Shown here one piece after another: positions 50,553-63,264 of a DNA stretch of 64,000 nucleotides. A program made the position numbers and the translations under genes. The notes beneath the pieces are model-generated. The model ran no database searches and was not told the DNA's origin. It saw only the letters and a list, made by a program, of their open reading frames with translations. This DNA comes from Eledone cirrhosa. Lineage: Eukaryota. The stretch lies in the NCBI GenBank assembly GCA_964016885.1, contig OZ024741.1, positions 155,062,001 through 155,126,000 on the forward strand, written 5' to 3'. The stretch's first letter is position 1. Every line of letters begins with the position of its first letter.

Positions 50553-50829
50553 CTGCAATTTTAGGAAAAATATAATGTGAAAAGAGATATAAGGCTTAAC
50601 AATGCAAAATGGATTGTTAGATGAATGTAACAAAAAAGTAAGTTACCTGGTAATTTTTGTTGTTGTTTCTTTCGTCCTAATATTTTGGGACTTAAAACTC
50701 CCTCCTTCAGTGTATAAGGAACTTTTAGAGAATAATGTTCCGCTTTCTTCTCTTTGGGATTAAATTTGATTTTTGTCAATGAAGTATTGAAATACTTCAT
50801 TTTCTTTTCGTATAAGATATTGTTTAGGC

Positions 50830-52140
50830 TGTGTGTGTGTATCTTTTTATATTCAGTATTGTGTGCTGAGTTCTAATCTATTATTTAATGTGGGTTGAGT
50901 CTATGTATGAGCAAGGCTTCCATAATTCTTAAATTGCACACATTTCTCTCTCTGGCTTCAATATTGACTGTTATATTTTTGTTGGTGTTTCTGCATTTGT
51001 CAATATGCTTTTTGAATGATGATGCGTGTGTGTTGAGGTGTTCTTTAATGCAAGTGTGGAGTGCTAGAGTCGTGCTACCAATGTAGAACTCCTTACATTT
51101 GCTGCATTCAATCCGATATACCACATGTCTCTTTTGGCACATACTTGTGTTGCGGATAGGGCAGTTAGTCAGCGATCATTGGTGGTTGTTGTCTCTGGAT
51201 TGCTTTTTAGATAGGTAGCCATGCAATAAAGGGCCAGAGTGTGCTAATTGTATGTCCAGTCCTTCTCTGCAGATGGCTTTGTGGATAGCTGTGGTTATGT
51301 TTTCATTGAAATGTGGTAATTTCATGAAGCAGGTGTTAGAGGTCGTATGCCTGCAGCACCTTCGATTCCTAAAACAATTCACTGTGGATGTTGGATATTC
51401 ATTCGTCTTCAGTATATCTATGAAGTGTGCAGTGTGAGTGATCTGGTCCTCTGTCTTGCTGCATTTATTCCAGATATACAGAAGTTCATTTCTTATGTAT
51501 CTAGTTTTAGTATCAAGGGAAAGGGTTGATCTATAATGCTTCAAACAGGTCTCTGCTGGCAGCTTTCCTATAGAAGTTGGTGTATATAGTACCGTCTTCT
51601 GTTATTCTAAGCTGGAAGTTCAGCAGGGACCAGGAATCATTTTAATCAGGGTGTTCTATGGTAAATCTTATGTTGTTATCTATGTTTGAGAATGTTGTAG
51701 ATATTATGTTGGTCTCTTCACAGGATGATGTGAGGATGAGTATATCATCTATGAATAAGGCGAAGAAAACACAGGAGCGGCGGGTTTTGAGCGCTCAATG
51801 TTCCAGTTGGTTCATATAGGTGGTGGCCAGAAGGCCTGGACCCCATGGGTAGGCCTGTTTGATTATATGGGTGGTGGTGGAAAGTGAAATATGTATGTCT
51901 TGTGGGGGTGAGGCCGAAGCAGTATATGTTGTATGAAATGAAGCAGTCAGTCACTAGGTTGACTGCTGGGTGAGCGGGTACTGTCGTGTAGAAGGAGACA
52001 ATGTCAAGGCTAAAGGCATATATGTTGAGTTTAAATTGATTAGGTTGTAGTTGATGTAGTCTTTGTATAACTTTGTCAGAGCTGCTGACATCTCCGGGAA
52101 AAGTAGCAAGCATAGGCTTGTGGATCTGGGAGAGGAACTA
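50830..52140 (-). mobile_element. Decayed Penelope-like retroelement (RT + GIY-YIG endonuclease)
   Basis: RT motifs FSLDIVSFYTTVP and QTGLPMGS; C-terminal VVYRIECSKCKEFYIGST..IKEH..EALLI (GIY-YIG); frameshifted. Confidence 0.85.
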
Positions 52141-52926
52141 GGAGATACAACAAATGTTTTAAGGCCATTTTCATGCTAAAACAGGGAGTAACATTGCAGG
52201 CCCTATGAGACATCATACTAGCAATGTTTTACAGTTGGAAGCCCTTTCTGATGCTAACCTTTTTAGCCACCTCTTACAACATGCAGGGCTACTGTGTACC
52301 TATTCTGGATACAAACACATAAATAATGGATGAATAGCCAAGATGAAAAATTTAATACATTTTATTCTAATAAATGTTTCTATAAAGATGAGCAGAAAAA
52401 ATATAAAGGAGAAATAAAATTGGTCAAAAACCTTGCTCAAACTATTATTGATATACAGTTCAATCATTGCTAGCAAGGAAAATGGATGTTAAATGATGAT
52501 GATGATGTCTAAATATTATAATCTGAGCATTGACTTGAGAAATTTGGTATTAAACATTGATCTAACTCATTCTTGTGTTGTTAGTGTTCATAAAACATAC
52601 AACTAAGCAATGTCAATGAAAACACATGTTCATATCATAACAATGTGTACTATAATCTACATTGAGCTTGAAACTTTTTGATGGCATAACTTTCTTTACC
52701 CTTCTGATTATAAATATATATATCATCATTTTACGTTTGCTTTTCCCTTTTTTGCAAGAGTGGGACGGGTCCTCTTTAGCACACCATCTCTCCAAGGCAT
52801 TCGATATCTCTGTATGTCATAAAAAGTGGCTAAAAAGGCATCCGACTGTAAAACAAAGTCCCATTTAACTCATGCCAGCATAAAAAGTCAACGTAAAAAT
52901 GATGGTGATATATATATATATATACA

Positions 52927-53260
52927 TGGAGGCACATGGCTTAGTGGTTAGAGTATTGGCTTTGCAATCGAAAGGTTGTGAGTTCAATTCTCAGACCGGG
53001 TGATGTGTTGTTTCCTTGAGCAAGACACTTTATTTCACATTGCTCCAGTTTACTCAGCTGTAGAAATGAGATGATAGGGACTGGGGTCCATATCATTCCA
53101 CTGCAAAGTGGTCGTGGAGGTGCCACGGCAAAAAAGCACCCAGCACTCACTGTAAATGAGGTTGGTGTTAGGAAGGGCATCCAGCTGTAGAAATCAAGCC
53201 AGAATCAGTTCCCGTCCCACCCTTGCAAGCAGGGAAAAGCGGACGTATGATGATGATGAT
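52927..53260 (+). mobile_element. SINE family 2, full length
   Basis: Same sequence as 61878-62212. Confidence 0.9.
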
Positions 53261-54019
53261 ACACATATATAGGGCTCATACTCATCATGAGGTCTTTTTT
53301 GAAGGAATATTGTACAGCCAGATGTCCTTCCTGGCATCAACCACCAACCCAAATAGTTACTTCTTACATGTAAGCATATAATGTATCTATTCTAAACTAG
53401 ATACATATAGCAACTTTCCAAAGACGACACAACATTGATTAACCCCATCTAAAGAAGCATTAACCTTGCAGGCAACATAATAGACTTCAATCTCATCATG
53501 GAGCTTTTTCTGATTCTCTTTCTGGCACTCTGATAGTTTGTAAATTGGTAGTGCTGGTGCTACAATAAAATGCGCCTGATACCGCTTGTAAAGTGGGTGG
53601 CATTAAGGAAGGGCAACCAGCCATAGAAACCATGCCAAAAATGGAATGTATGAGGACGTGGTTCTTTGACCTGACTAATGATGGACACAACATGTGTTCA
53701 TCCTTGGAATACCTTTGAATATAGGTTTAGTGGATTTGAAGGTGGAGAACTGACAGCGTCAGATTAAAAATACGTCAATATTGTGCTGTGAGTTTAAATC
53801 CTTCCGAGGTCAACTTTGTCTTTCATCCTTTCAAAGTCGATAAATAATGTATCACTTTTATACTGGTTTCAGTTCTTCCTTTATCTCTCTTTAACTTTCT
53901 TTCTCTGGGAAAAAAAATCATGTGTTTCGACCTGGAGAGGGATGGGCCAAGACATGCCATGTGTTAAGACAGCATCCATACAACTCCATCAGGAGTTAAG
54001 GGCCCTTTTTTCTTTTTAT

Positions 54020-55440
54020 TCAATGAAGTAATGAAATTATTGTGTAAAGTGCTCAGGTGCACTACAACTCGTCAAAGGTGTATGTATAGTACATAGAATA
54101 ATACACAAATGTCAGGGAAGTGAATAGTGTAAGAGTCATGGTATACATGTGTATGTGTATGGAGGGGGAACATTAGCTGTAGTGTTGGCGGATCTCGGGA
54201 AGCATGGAGGCCTTAAAGGATGCAGTGTCTCGACAGCTAACAACTGATGCAGGTAGTTTGTTCCATACTTCAGCAACTCTGAGCGTGAAAAAATGTTTCC
54301 GAAAGTCATGGGAACTGTGCTGTTTTCTGACTTTGTCGGCATGCCCACGTGTGTTAGACACATGGAAATCAAAAAGGTACTCAGGGTTGTTGTTGGTAAG
54401 ATGGTTAACAATTTTTGTGGGTGTTTACCAAGTCAGTTACCAGGCGTCGGAGCTTCAATGTATCCATGCCCAGGGAAGCAAGGCGCTCAGAGTATGGTAG
54501 ATGCCTGATGGAGGGTATTCGCTTGGTTGCACGTCCCTGAACAGTTTCCAGGCGGTCAATGTCTTGAGCAAGATAGGGGTTCCAGACTGGTGATGCAAAT
54601 TCTAAGTGTGGCTGCACCATAGCCATGTACAGCCTTAAATAGATATCTGGAGAGCGGCTGACAAAGGTCTTGCTGAGTGATGTTAAGACACCCTCGGCCC
54701 TCTTGACAATTTTAGAGAAGTGCTTCGTCCAACGCAAATTGCTGCTGACCGTAATGCCCAGGTCACGTTCACAAGACTTCTTGATATTAGTGCTGTGGAG
54801 GGAGTATGTGGACGCTGGGTTTTTACTCCCAAAATGCATGGTGGTGCACTTGTCCACAGCTAGCTTGAGTTGCCAGTCTGAGATCCATTGTTGCATTGTG
54901 TCCAGGTCAGACTGCAAGCAAGATCTATAGTGTTCAGGATCTGTCCTTTTTATCTCAAAGTACAGCTTGATGTCATCTGCGTACTTTAGTACCGTGGCAT
55001 TCTTTAAGTTGGCATCTATGTCATTAATATATGCCACAAACAAAAGGGGGCCAAGAACAGATCCCTGTGGTACACCAGATGACATCTCATATGGTGAGGA
55101 ATGCTGTCCCAGAACCGTGACTACCTCTCTTCGACTGAGAATGAAGGACTTCAACCAGTTAAAAAAATCATCTTTCACACCCATTGCAGAGAGTTTTGCC
55201 ATAAGCCTTTTGTGTGGCACAGAATTGAAGGCTTTCGCAAAGTCAAGGTAAACAACATCCACCCATGAGCCGCCATCAGTGATCCGGGTGATGTCCTCAA
55301 GAAACTCTATAAGTTGATCACAGCAGCTGGAGTTGGGGATAAATCCAAATTGCGAGGGCCGGATAAGACTGAGAGCTCCAGAAGTTCCAAAGTGTTTCTC
55401 TAACACAGGATTCCATCAGTTTGGCGATGCAACTAGTGTC
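54020..55440 (-). mobile_element. CR1-clade LINE 3' part
   Basis: QFGF..VDVVYLDFAKAFNSVPH..SGVPQGSVLGPLLF..YADDIK..ERDLG..PHLEFASPVWNP..FFTLRVAEVWNKLP. Confidence 0.92.
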
Positions 55441-55488
55441 AGCTTAGATAAGGTTAAACAATTCTAATGAAGTTACATTCATACTTAC

Positions 55489-55644
55489 GATTGCCAGCAT
55501 CAAAACAGACAGCTTTCTCTTCAGCTTTGAGAAGATAACCTTTACCAGCATCTAAGTTAGTTATAGCTTTCTCTAACAAGTGTTTGGGCTCGGAACCATA
55601 TCGCTTGGCCTTCTCTAAAATCTTGCGACATTTTGAAGTATCAC
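55489..55644 (-). CDS. TTK: TTK exon, TPR C-terminal part
   Basis: GDTSKCRKILEKAKRYGSEPKHLLEKAITNLDAGKGYLLKAEEK resembles vertebrate [31 protein letters not shown]; 156 nt. Confidence 0.9.
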
Positions 55645-56009
55645 CTGAAGAGAAAAAAAATTGAGCTTATGGGTTTGATTTCTGGAGCTGTCTGTGTGTT
55701 GTGTTCTTGAACAAAATACTTTATTTTATACCAGGAGATGAAACTGACAGACAGTATGAGCAATGGAAAGACCAACGAAAACATTGTTTCCTTGGTCCGA
55801 TCTGTTAAACTAAAATAAAATAAAATCTTTCTAATGCTGAAACAAAATAATATCAGTTGAGTCTTTGGTAACAGATCTAATTTGTTACCACATCAATTAA
55901 TAACAAACATTTCTTATAAAGCAAGGGTTAGACATGCAGATACCATGACAAGCTTCTCTATTTTGCCTTATCGTCTACACCCCCAAGCACCAAACCTTGG
56001 CTTTCATTT

Positions 56010-56800
56010 CCTCTTCCACCATGTCTTCCTTTACTTCCATCCACATTTATTTCTATCACTCTCCTCTCATTCAGTCACTTTCATCCTTCGTCAACACATG
56101 ACCCAGCCTTTCTATTTCTCATCACAACATTCATCGCTGGCTCAATATCCATCATCCTTTGGAATTCATTGGCTTCCTCTTTTTCAGTAATATTTCACTC
56201 ATCCAACTAATCATTACCATTTCTGTTCTTTCCAGTCTTTTCAGATGCTCAACATTCATCAGCCATGTTTTGCTCCAATAAATCATAGAAACCTTTCCGA
56301 CATGCAGCAGACACAATTTCCTTCAGTTTTAGTGGCACTCCTCAACACTAGCAAACTATTCAGTTCCTAGAACATCTTCCATGCATATCTGACTATAGCT
56401 GCCCATGTCTCACTCCCATAAATCATGGCACTTCTCACATGTGCAGCATACACCTTTGCCACGAGTTTCAGTGACACTTCCCTCATCAGCACACTACTCA
56501 GTTCCTGAACTCCTTCCATGCACATCTCACTCTAGCTACTGTCATCAAGTATGATATACCTTCAATTTAAAATGTTTTCAAACCAACCCCAAGATCCAGC
56601 TGAACATTCTCTTCATCTGTAGCTCCCTCCATACACACTTTACATTTAAGTGCAGTAGCTACATCATTTAATAATCCCTTCTCACCACTACACTTTCCCA
56701 ATGCATATTCTACAATTAATGGAGTTCACTCCAATACCTTTCCATGTTACTGTTGCCAAGTCTCATTCACCTTCTTCAATCAACATGTCTCCTTAGTAAC
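56010..56800 (-). mobile_element. Old RTE fragment
   Basis: Minus-strand remnants of the FRELSSVL / YAAHVRSAMIYGSETWA-type region. Confidence 0.55.
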
Positions 56801-56824
56801 AAAATGATGAATAAATAAACTTAC

Positions 56825-56931
56825 CATGCTTGAGTTCAAACTCTGCGGCATAGATATGGGCTATAGAAAATTTGCGAGCAAGTAACCGGGCTTGATTGAA
56901 CAAAGATCGACAATCATTAACATTATGTTCA
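56825..56931 (-). CDS. TTK: TTK exon, TPR domain
   Basis: EHNVNDCRSLFNQARLLARKFSIAHIYAAEFELKHG resembles [32 protein letters not shown]; 107 nt. Confidence 0.93.
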
Positions 56932-57354
56932 CTGAAAATAATAAAAAATATAAATATATCATCATCATCACCATCATTTTACATCCACTGTCCATGCTGG
57001 CATGGGTTTAACAAGTTGACACAGCCCAAGCTCATATATTCCAGATTTTGGCATGATTGCTATAGCTGGATGCCATTCCAAACATAAATCACTTTGCAGA
57101 TGGTATTGGGTGCATTTTATCATAGCACCAGCACTACCACTTTACAGTGTGTACTGAGTGCATTTTATCATGTCACACTATGTGTGTATCTTGATTTGTA
57201 CCAGTAATTCAAAGGTAATGCATTCTCATATAGTCTCACATTGATTTGGCCACAAAACTCCGTTAAAGGTGCATGTCTGCAAAATACTTATCCATTTACA
57301 CATTAATTTTCTTTAGTAGTAAATAAGTTAATCAAACAACTGAATCTTCATTAA

Positions 57355-57562
57355 CCCCTTAGAATTTAAACCGGCTGTATCTGGCCAGAACTCTCTCATC
57401 TCTATCTGTTCATAACCAGTCATAACCGACTGCTCATATTTATGTTAAGGTATTGTTCTCAAAATAAATAATATCAAAATGTCATAGATTCGATATTATG
57501 TGAGATAAAGTATTTACCATGAAAATACAATAGTAAATATAGAGTAATGTAAATGATAAGGG
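57355..57562. mobile_element. piggyBac-like MITE
   Basis: TTAA-CCCC...AAGGG-TTAA; homologous to 41540-41730. Confidence 0.75.
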
Positions 57563-58077
57563 TTAAGAAAACACACTGAAGATCAACTAATATGCCGAGA
57601 GGAACAAAGTTTTCTGATGTCAGTAAGAATGGAAAATGAAGTGAGGATGTGGTGTAATTTATGAATATAAAACAACCATTTATCATCAGCGTTCTTTTTA
57701 TGTCGGTTTCTCCATGCTTGCATGGCCAAAACCAGCTATGGTTCTATGCACCACACCCCTCCATTTTAAAAGGTTCTTATTAAAGACTTTTGATACCAAT
57801 CCAGCAAAAGCCAATTCTGGTTCTGTAAGGCAAAATCACCAATTTAAATTAATATTGTCAACATAACTTTATACAAGAATCATTTGTTAAGTTACTATCT
57901 TAGTAATGAAATAATCTATTGTGGTAAAACTCGAAAATTCTTCATTAATAAACCAAAATAGAGAATATTTCATTTGAGTTCAGAGATAACAGAATAAAGA
58001 TGGTGCCAATATTTCTCTACTAAAAACCAGCTGTTGTGTTTATATTGAAAAAATAAGAAAAGGAGTAATCATCTTAC

Positions 58078-58151
58078 CCTTTCAGGGTAACGTAATCAAC
58101 CAGTAATTTCACAAACATAATATTATTCCGGTTCTGGCTACTTGGAATTGA
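58078..58151 (-). CDS. TTK: TTK exon, TPR domain
   Basis: SIPSSQNRNNIMFVKLLVDYVTLKG; poly-T tract plus cAG acceptor, gtaag donor; 74 nt. Confidence 0.88.
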
Positions 58152-58166
58152 CTGCAAAACAGGAAG

Positions 58167-58200
<34 letters not shown>

Positions 58201-58867
58201 TAACATCCTGTACCACATTCAAATACTGCAAATTTTCACAATGGTCTGTCCAGTAGTAAATATACTATAAACATTTGAATTATTAATCCACACTAGCAGA
58301 AAAACCACCCTACGAGTAGTGTGCATATTAATATTATACGCAGATATATATACATGTAGATATGATACATCAAATAAAATCGTAATTGACAATATACACA
58401 GAAATTGAACGAAGTCTGTTACACTGTCTTCTGTAATCAGTAAAGTAATCCATGATACATTTAAAAAAGACGATATTATATATAAACCGCATTAGGATAA
58501 AATCAGCGACGGAAATGTATGCGATATAAGTGTTACAATATAACGACCGCTAACCGGAAGTGTTGACATTTGAAAATTTTAAAGAAGTGAATTTTAAAGG
58601 TCTTTAAATAAGCTATAAAATATATTTAATCAACAGCCACAAAATTTAGCACATAAATTATGTAATATTCATTCATTATTTATTCAAAGTAATCCAACTT
58701 ATTTTACAAACGGGGTAAGAATATATATTCTGGACGCACTCCTTTCTTTATTATAGTTAAGATTAGTAAGACATTCTTGAAAAAGACAAAGCAGCACTAT
58801 GACTGCATCGCATTAAAAATTAAAAGCTTTAATTTACTGTAAATTTTCACAATGATCTGACTACTAA

Positions 58868-59262
58868 TGGGACCTGGGCAGTGTCTGCACAGGATATGCA
58901 TAAGCTGGAGAGAAATGAAGCAAGCATGATTCGATGGATGTGGAATGTTAAAGTCGAGAAAGATAAAACTAGGTATAAGAGGAATCAGAAGTAGTGTGCA
59001 AGAAAGAAGACTGCATTGGTGTGGATATGTGATGTGCATGGATGATGATCGCTGGGTGAATAACTGCCAAAAAATCCCAGTTGAAAGAAGCCACAGTAGA
59101 AGACCAAAGAAGTCCTGAGGAGTGATGAGAGATGACCGCAAATTGTTGAAATTCACAGAGGAGATGAAGAAAGAACGAGACAAGTGGAGAGATGCTGTGC
59201 TGAAAAGGACCCATCCAACCCATGCAAGGATGGAAAAGCAGGTGCAAAAATGATGATGATGA
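58868..59262 (+). mobile_element. RTE 3' fragment
   Basis: LERNEASMIRWMWN..QERRLHWCGYV; (atg)n tail. Confidence 0.8.
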
Positions 59263-59270
59263 TAATTTAC

Positions 59271-59422
59271 TGTTAAGGCTTTAACATATTGATCACAAAT
59301 GTACTGATTCCAGGAAGATGTTACTGGTACAGAAGACTGGTCCTTAAGGTACTGGATAAACTCCACCCAATCTTCCGGCCTGTTGCCCTGGTTTCGTATC
59401 CGACTAAGCCATTCTGTATGAA
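59271..59422 (-). CDS. TTK: TTK exon, TPR start
   Basis: HTEWLSRIRNQGNRPEDWVEFIQYLKDQSSVP..YVKALT resembles vertebrate NNPEDWLSLL; alternative in-frame acceptor gives a start at 59413. Confidence 0.88.
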
Positions 59423-60767
59423 CTGGAAAGAGAAACAGAAAGATATACAAATATGCCAACAGAAATTTTGGAACCTTATGAACAGGAAGAAGTTACATTA
59501 ATTACAGAGAAGAGATATTATTTTTTCCAGGTGCCGGTATGACTGATTAAGGAGTTAGCTTTAAAACCATATGGTTTCAGATTCATTGCCACAGCATGCC
59601 ACCTTGAGCAACTGTCTTCATCTAAAGCCTTGGACAGACAAATGCCTGTGTCCTCATATGTGTATATGCCCCATAAACATGAGTTTTGACAATAAGAGAT
59701 TGATAATATAAGTAACAGATTTGAAAAAATAAAATAGGTATTGAGGTTGACATGATTGACTATATCTCTTCAAGCCAGTGCCATGGCCTGGCCACAGACT
59801 AATTAATAATACCAGTAATAGAATAAATAAGGTGGTGCAATGCCCCAGCATGACTGTAGTCTAATGACTGAAACTTGTAAAAGAATAATGTGTGTGTCTG
59901 TATGTGTGTCTATGTTTATTTCTGACTCGCAACTTAGCAGTTTAACAAAAAGAGATTGATCAAAAGTGACCCAGCGGGGCCACATCTAATGACTGAAACT
60001 AGTAATGGAATGTATAAACTATTGATTTGTAGCTCACCTCAGTCCTTGATATATTACAGGAGCAAGCTTTACATGCGTTAACTTTATTCTGTTACTGGTC
60101 TCAATCGTTAGACTTCGATCATTCTGGGACACTGTCTTGAAAGTATTTAGTTGAGCATATTGACCTCAGTACTTATTTTTTCAAGTTTGGTACTTACTTT
60201 ATAAAACTTGTTAAAACCCTAAGTTATCAGACATAAACACAGACATACGAAGAGCTTCCTCAACTTCCATTCACAAGGTATTGGCCAACATGAGGCTAGA
60301 GTAGAAGATAAGTGAATCTTTCAAGCCATGGCCAACATGTTTTCAGGCCATTTTCCCAGCTAAGGAAGGGATTAGTCTTGTGGGGTCTCAATGATAGACT
60401 TCATACTCATCATAGGGTCTTTCATGAAGCAATGTTTTACAGCTAAGTGTACTTCCTGGTACCAACTCATTTAGTCACATCTTATGACGCATAGTGTTAC
60501 AGTGTTCTTATTCTGAACAGGTACAGACAAGGATAGTGTACCTATTCTAAACTGAATATACATAGGGATACAGTAGTGTACCTACTGTAAACCAGATACA
60601 CAGGGATACAGTAGTGTACCTACTGTAAACCAAATACACACATACTTATTGTAATGAGATACACACAGCGGTATGGTGTTCCTATTGTAAACCAGATGCA
60701 CACAATACATACTTGTAGTGGGAATTATAGTTATGGCACTGTTGTTAAAGATGAAAATTAGACTTAC

Positions 60768-60831
60768 TAGTCAATTCGATTGATAGATCTTTCAGACTAT
60801 CGTCTTCACGAAAAGAACCTAAAAAATCCAT
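60768..60831 (-). CDS. TTK: TTK probable first coding segment (exon 60768-60915 includes 5' UTR)
   Basis: Strong pyrimidine tract plus AG at 60916-60917; ATG at 60831 gives MDFLGSFREDDSLKDLSIELT; gtaagt donor; phase 1 fits the next exon. Confidence 0.7.
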
Positions 60832-61031
60832 GCTGAATCAGAAAAACAGTAGGAAAGAAGTGAAAACTTCTGATAGCTAGAGTAAAACGTCTTCTCTCAT
60901 TACTCCCAAAGTACACTGCAAAAAGAAAGAAAAAGAAAAGTTTGTCATATATATATAACAGATAAAATAATACATTAACAAACATGAAATATGATGGAAA
61001 AAAGTAGACAGTACTGCCTACAGGACTTTAA

Positions 61032-61235
61032 ACCTTGAGCATTTGCATTACTCTATATTTTCTATTGTATTTTCGCAATAAAGGCTTTACTTCACAAATA
61101 TCAAATCTAGGAGGTCGTGATATTTATTTTGAGAATAATACCTTAACATAAGTATGAGCAGATGGTTACAGCCAGCTTGAACAGAAAGAAGTGAGAGAAT
61201 TCTAGCTGGATACAGCAGGTTTATATGCTAAAGGG
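61032..61235. mobile_element. piggyBac-like MITE
   Basis: TTAA flanks; ends gctaaagggTTAA. Confidence 0.7.
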
Positions 61236-61611
61236 TTAACTTCCTCTCTGTTGTATATCTGACAACTGCATATACAATAGGTGACCCCCTGACAATTTCT
61301 CAATGGTAAGGGAGCTGTCATGTATCTGCCAGAGGAAAGATCAACTGTATCTCTGAAATTTCTCCCTTACCAGTGAAAGTTATACCATGAGTGGAGGTAA
61401 ATATTTTTCAGTTTGAATATAAACATTGGCAGGCTTAAGGAGTGTGTAGTATGACTGAAATTTTAAGAGAAAGTTTTTGCTTTAAGCAAAGGCTGCTACA
61501 ATGAATATAAGCTAAAATATAGTTGAATAAGTGATTGTTTACTTTTTTCCTTCTCAAGAGATTATATCCCCAATTTTATTCAATTACATTACAGTTAATA
61601 TCAGTAAAGTA

Positions 61612-61878
61612 TCATCATCATCATTTTTACTCCTGCTTTTCCATCCTTGCATGGGTTGCATAGGTCCTTTTCAGCACAGCATCTCTCCACTTATCTCGTT
61701 CTTTCTTCATCTCCTCTGTGAATTTCAACAATTTGCAGTCATCTCTCATCATCTCCTCACTTTCAACTGGGATTTTTTGGCAGTTCTTCACCCAGCAATC
61801 ATCATCCATGCACATCACATATCCACACCAATGCAGTCTTCTTTCTTGCACACTACTTCTGATTCCTCTTATACCTAG
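61612..61878 (-). mobile_element. RTE 3' fragment
   Basis: Inverted near-copy of 58968-59262. Confidence 0.8.
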
Positions 61879-62212
61879 GAGGCACATGGCTTAGTGGTTA
61901 GAGCATTGGCTTTGCAATCGAAAGGTTGTGAGTTCAATTCTCAGACCGGGTGATGTGTTGTTTCCTTGAGCAAGACACTTTATTTCACATTGCTCCAGTT
62001 TACTCAGCTGTAGAAATGAGCTGATAGGGACTGGGGTCCATATCATTCCACTGCAAAGTGGTCGTGGAGGTGCCACGGCAAAAAAGCACCCAGCACTCAC
62101 TGTAAATGAGGTTGGTGTTAGGAAGGGCATCCAGCTGTAGAAATCAAGCCAGAATCAGTTCCCGTCCCACCCTTGCAAGCAGGGAAAAGCGGACGTAAAA
62201 TGATGATGATGA
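61878..62212 (+). mobile_element. SINE family 2, full length
   Basis: tRNA-like head, ccttgagcaagacac core, RTE-like tail. Confidence 0.9.
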
Positions 62213-63264
62213 TTAATGTGTTGTAATCACCTTTACAAGAAACAAAAACTTTCTATTTAAATTTTTCAGTTTGTACAGTTAGACATCTAAATACATTAAA
62301 TTTGATGTTGTGAGGTGGTCAGATGGCCTAGGTGTAAAGGACTATACCATTTTCCAGTATGCAACAGATAACAGATACAAAATATCATTACCATAGGTGG
62401 TGCTGTCCACTTTTTTCTGTTATAGTTTGTGCTTGTAATTGTGTATAATAAAAAATATCTTAACCATATATATTACAATATACATACATATGTACATCAT
62501 CATCAGTTTATATCTAATTTCCATGCTGGCATGGGTTGGATGGTTTGTCACGTTGAGATCAGACAGGTCAGAATGACCTCATCTCACTCATGTGTTCCAT
62601 ATTTAGCATTGTTTCTATCGCTGGATGCTCTTCCTAATGCTAATCCAGTGGTCTGTTATCCTGAACTCAGAGCCCTAACCAAATAATACAAAGCATTCTG
62701 TTTGGTGCTTAATTAGTTACAGCAATAATAATAATAATGGCTTCTGATTTAGACACACGACCAACAATTTGGGGAAAGGGGAAAGTCGATTAAATCGACG
62801 CCAGTGTGTTACTGGTACTTTATTTTATTGTCTCCATAAGGTTGAAAAGCAAAACTAATCATGGCAGGATTTAAACTCAGAATGTAAAGAATTGTAACTA
62901 TATCCTGCGAAGCATGTTGTCCGACACTCTACCAATACTGTCATTCAACTACCCTATTGGAGCCATAACAATCATGAGATGCTGGGGAAATGTTTTTACT
63001 ATAGCCTCAGATTGAGGCTATGGTAAAAACTGTGAATGAAATTGGGTAGACAGAGACTGTGCAGAATCCCATCAGATTGAGTAATTCAAAAGTTCATAGT
63101 TTTTCACATAGATTTAGCTTGGGAACTACATCAAGGCTACAAATAACTGTAGAATAATCAACCACTTGGCCATCGAATATAGGGATTGCTAAAATATCCA
63201 TCCATACATACATATATACTTAATGTAGCAAAGATGTTTCTTAGTGCATTAGATAATATCACAC

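Noticed and set aside
52927-53000. tRNA gene-like sequence
   Set aside because: It is an A/B-box SINE head continuing into SINE body and tail, with no convincing acceptor stem.
60038-60094. Exon-like segment with gtgag donor between the first two TTK coding exons
   Set aside because: Both candidate acceptors give an immediate in-frame stop, and the pyrimidine tract is weak.
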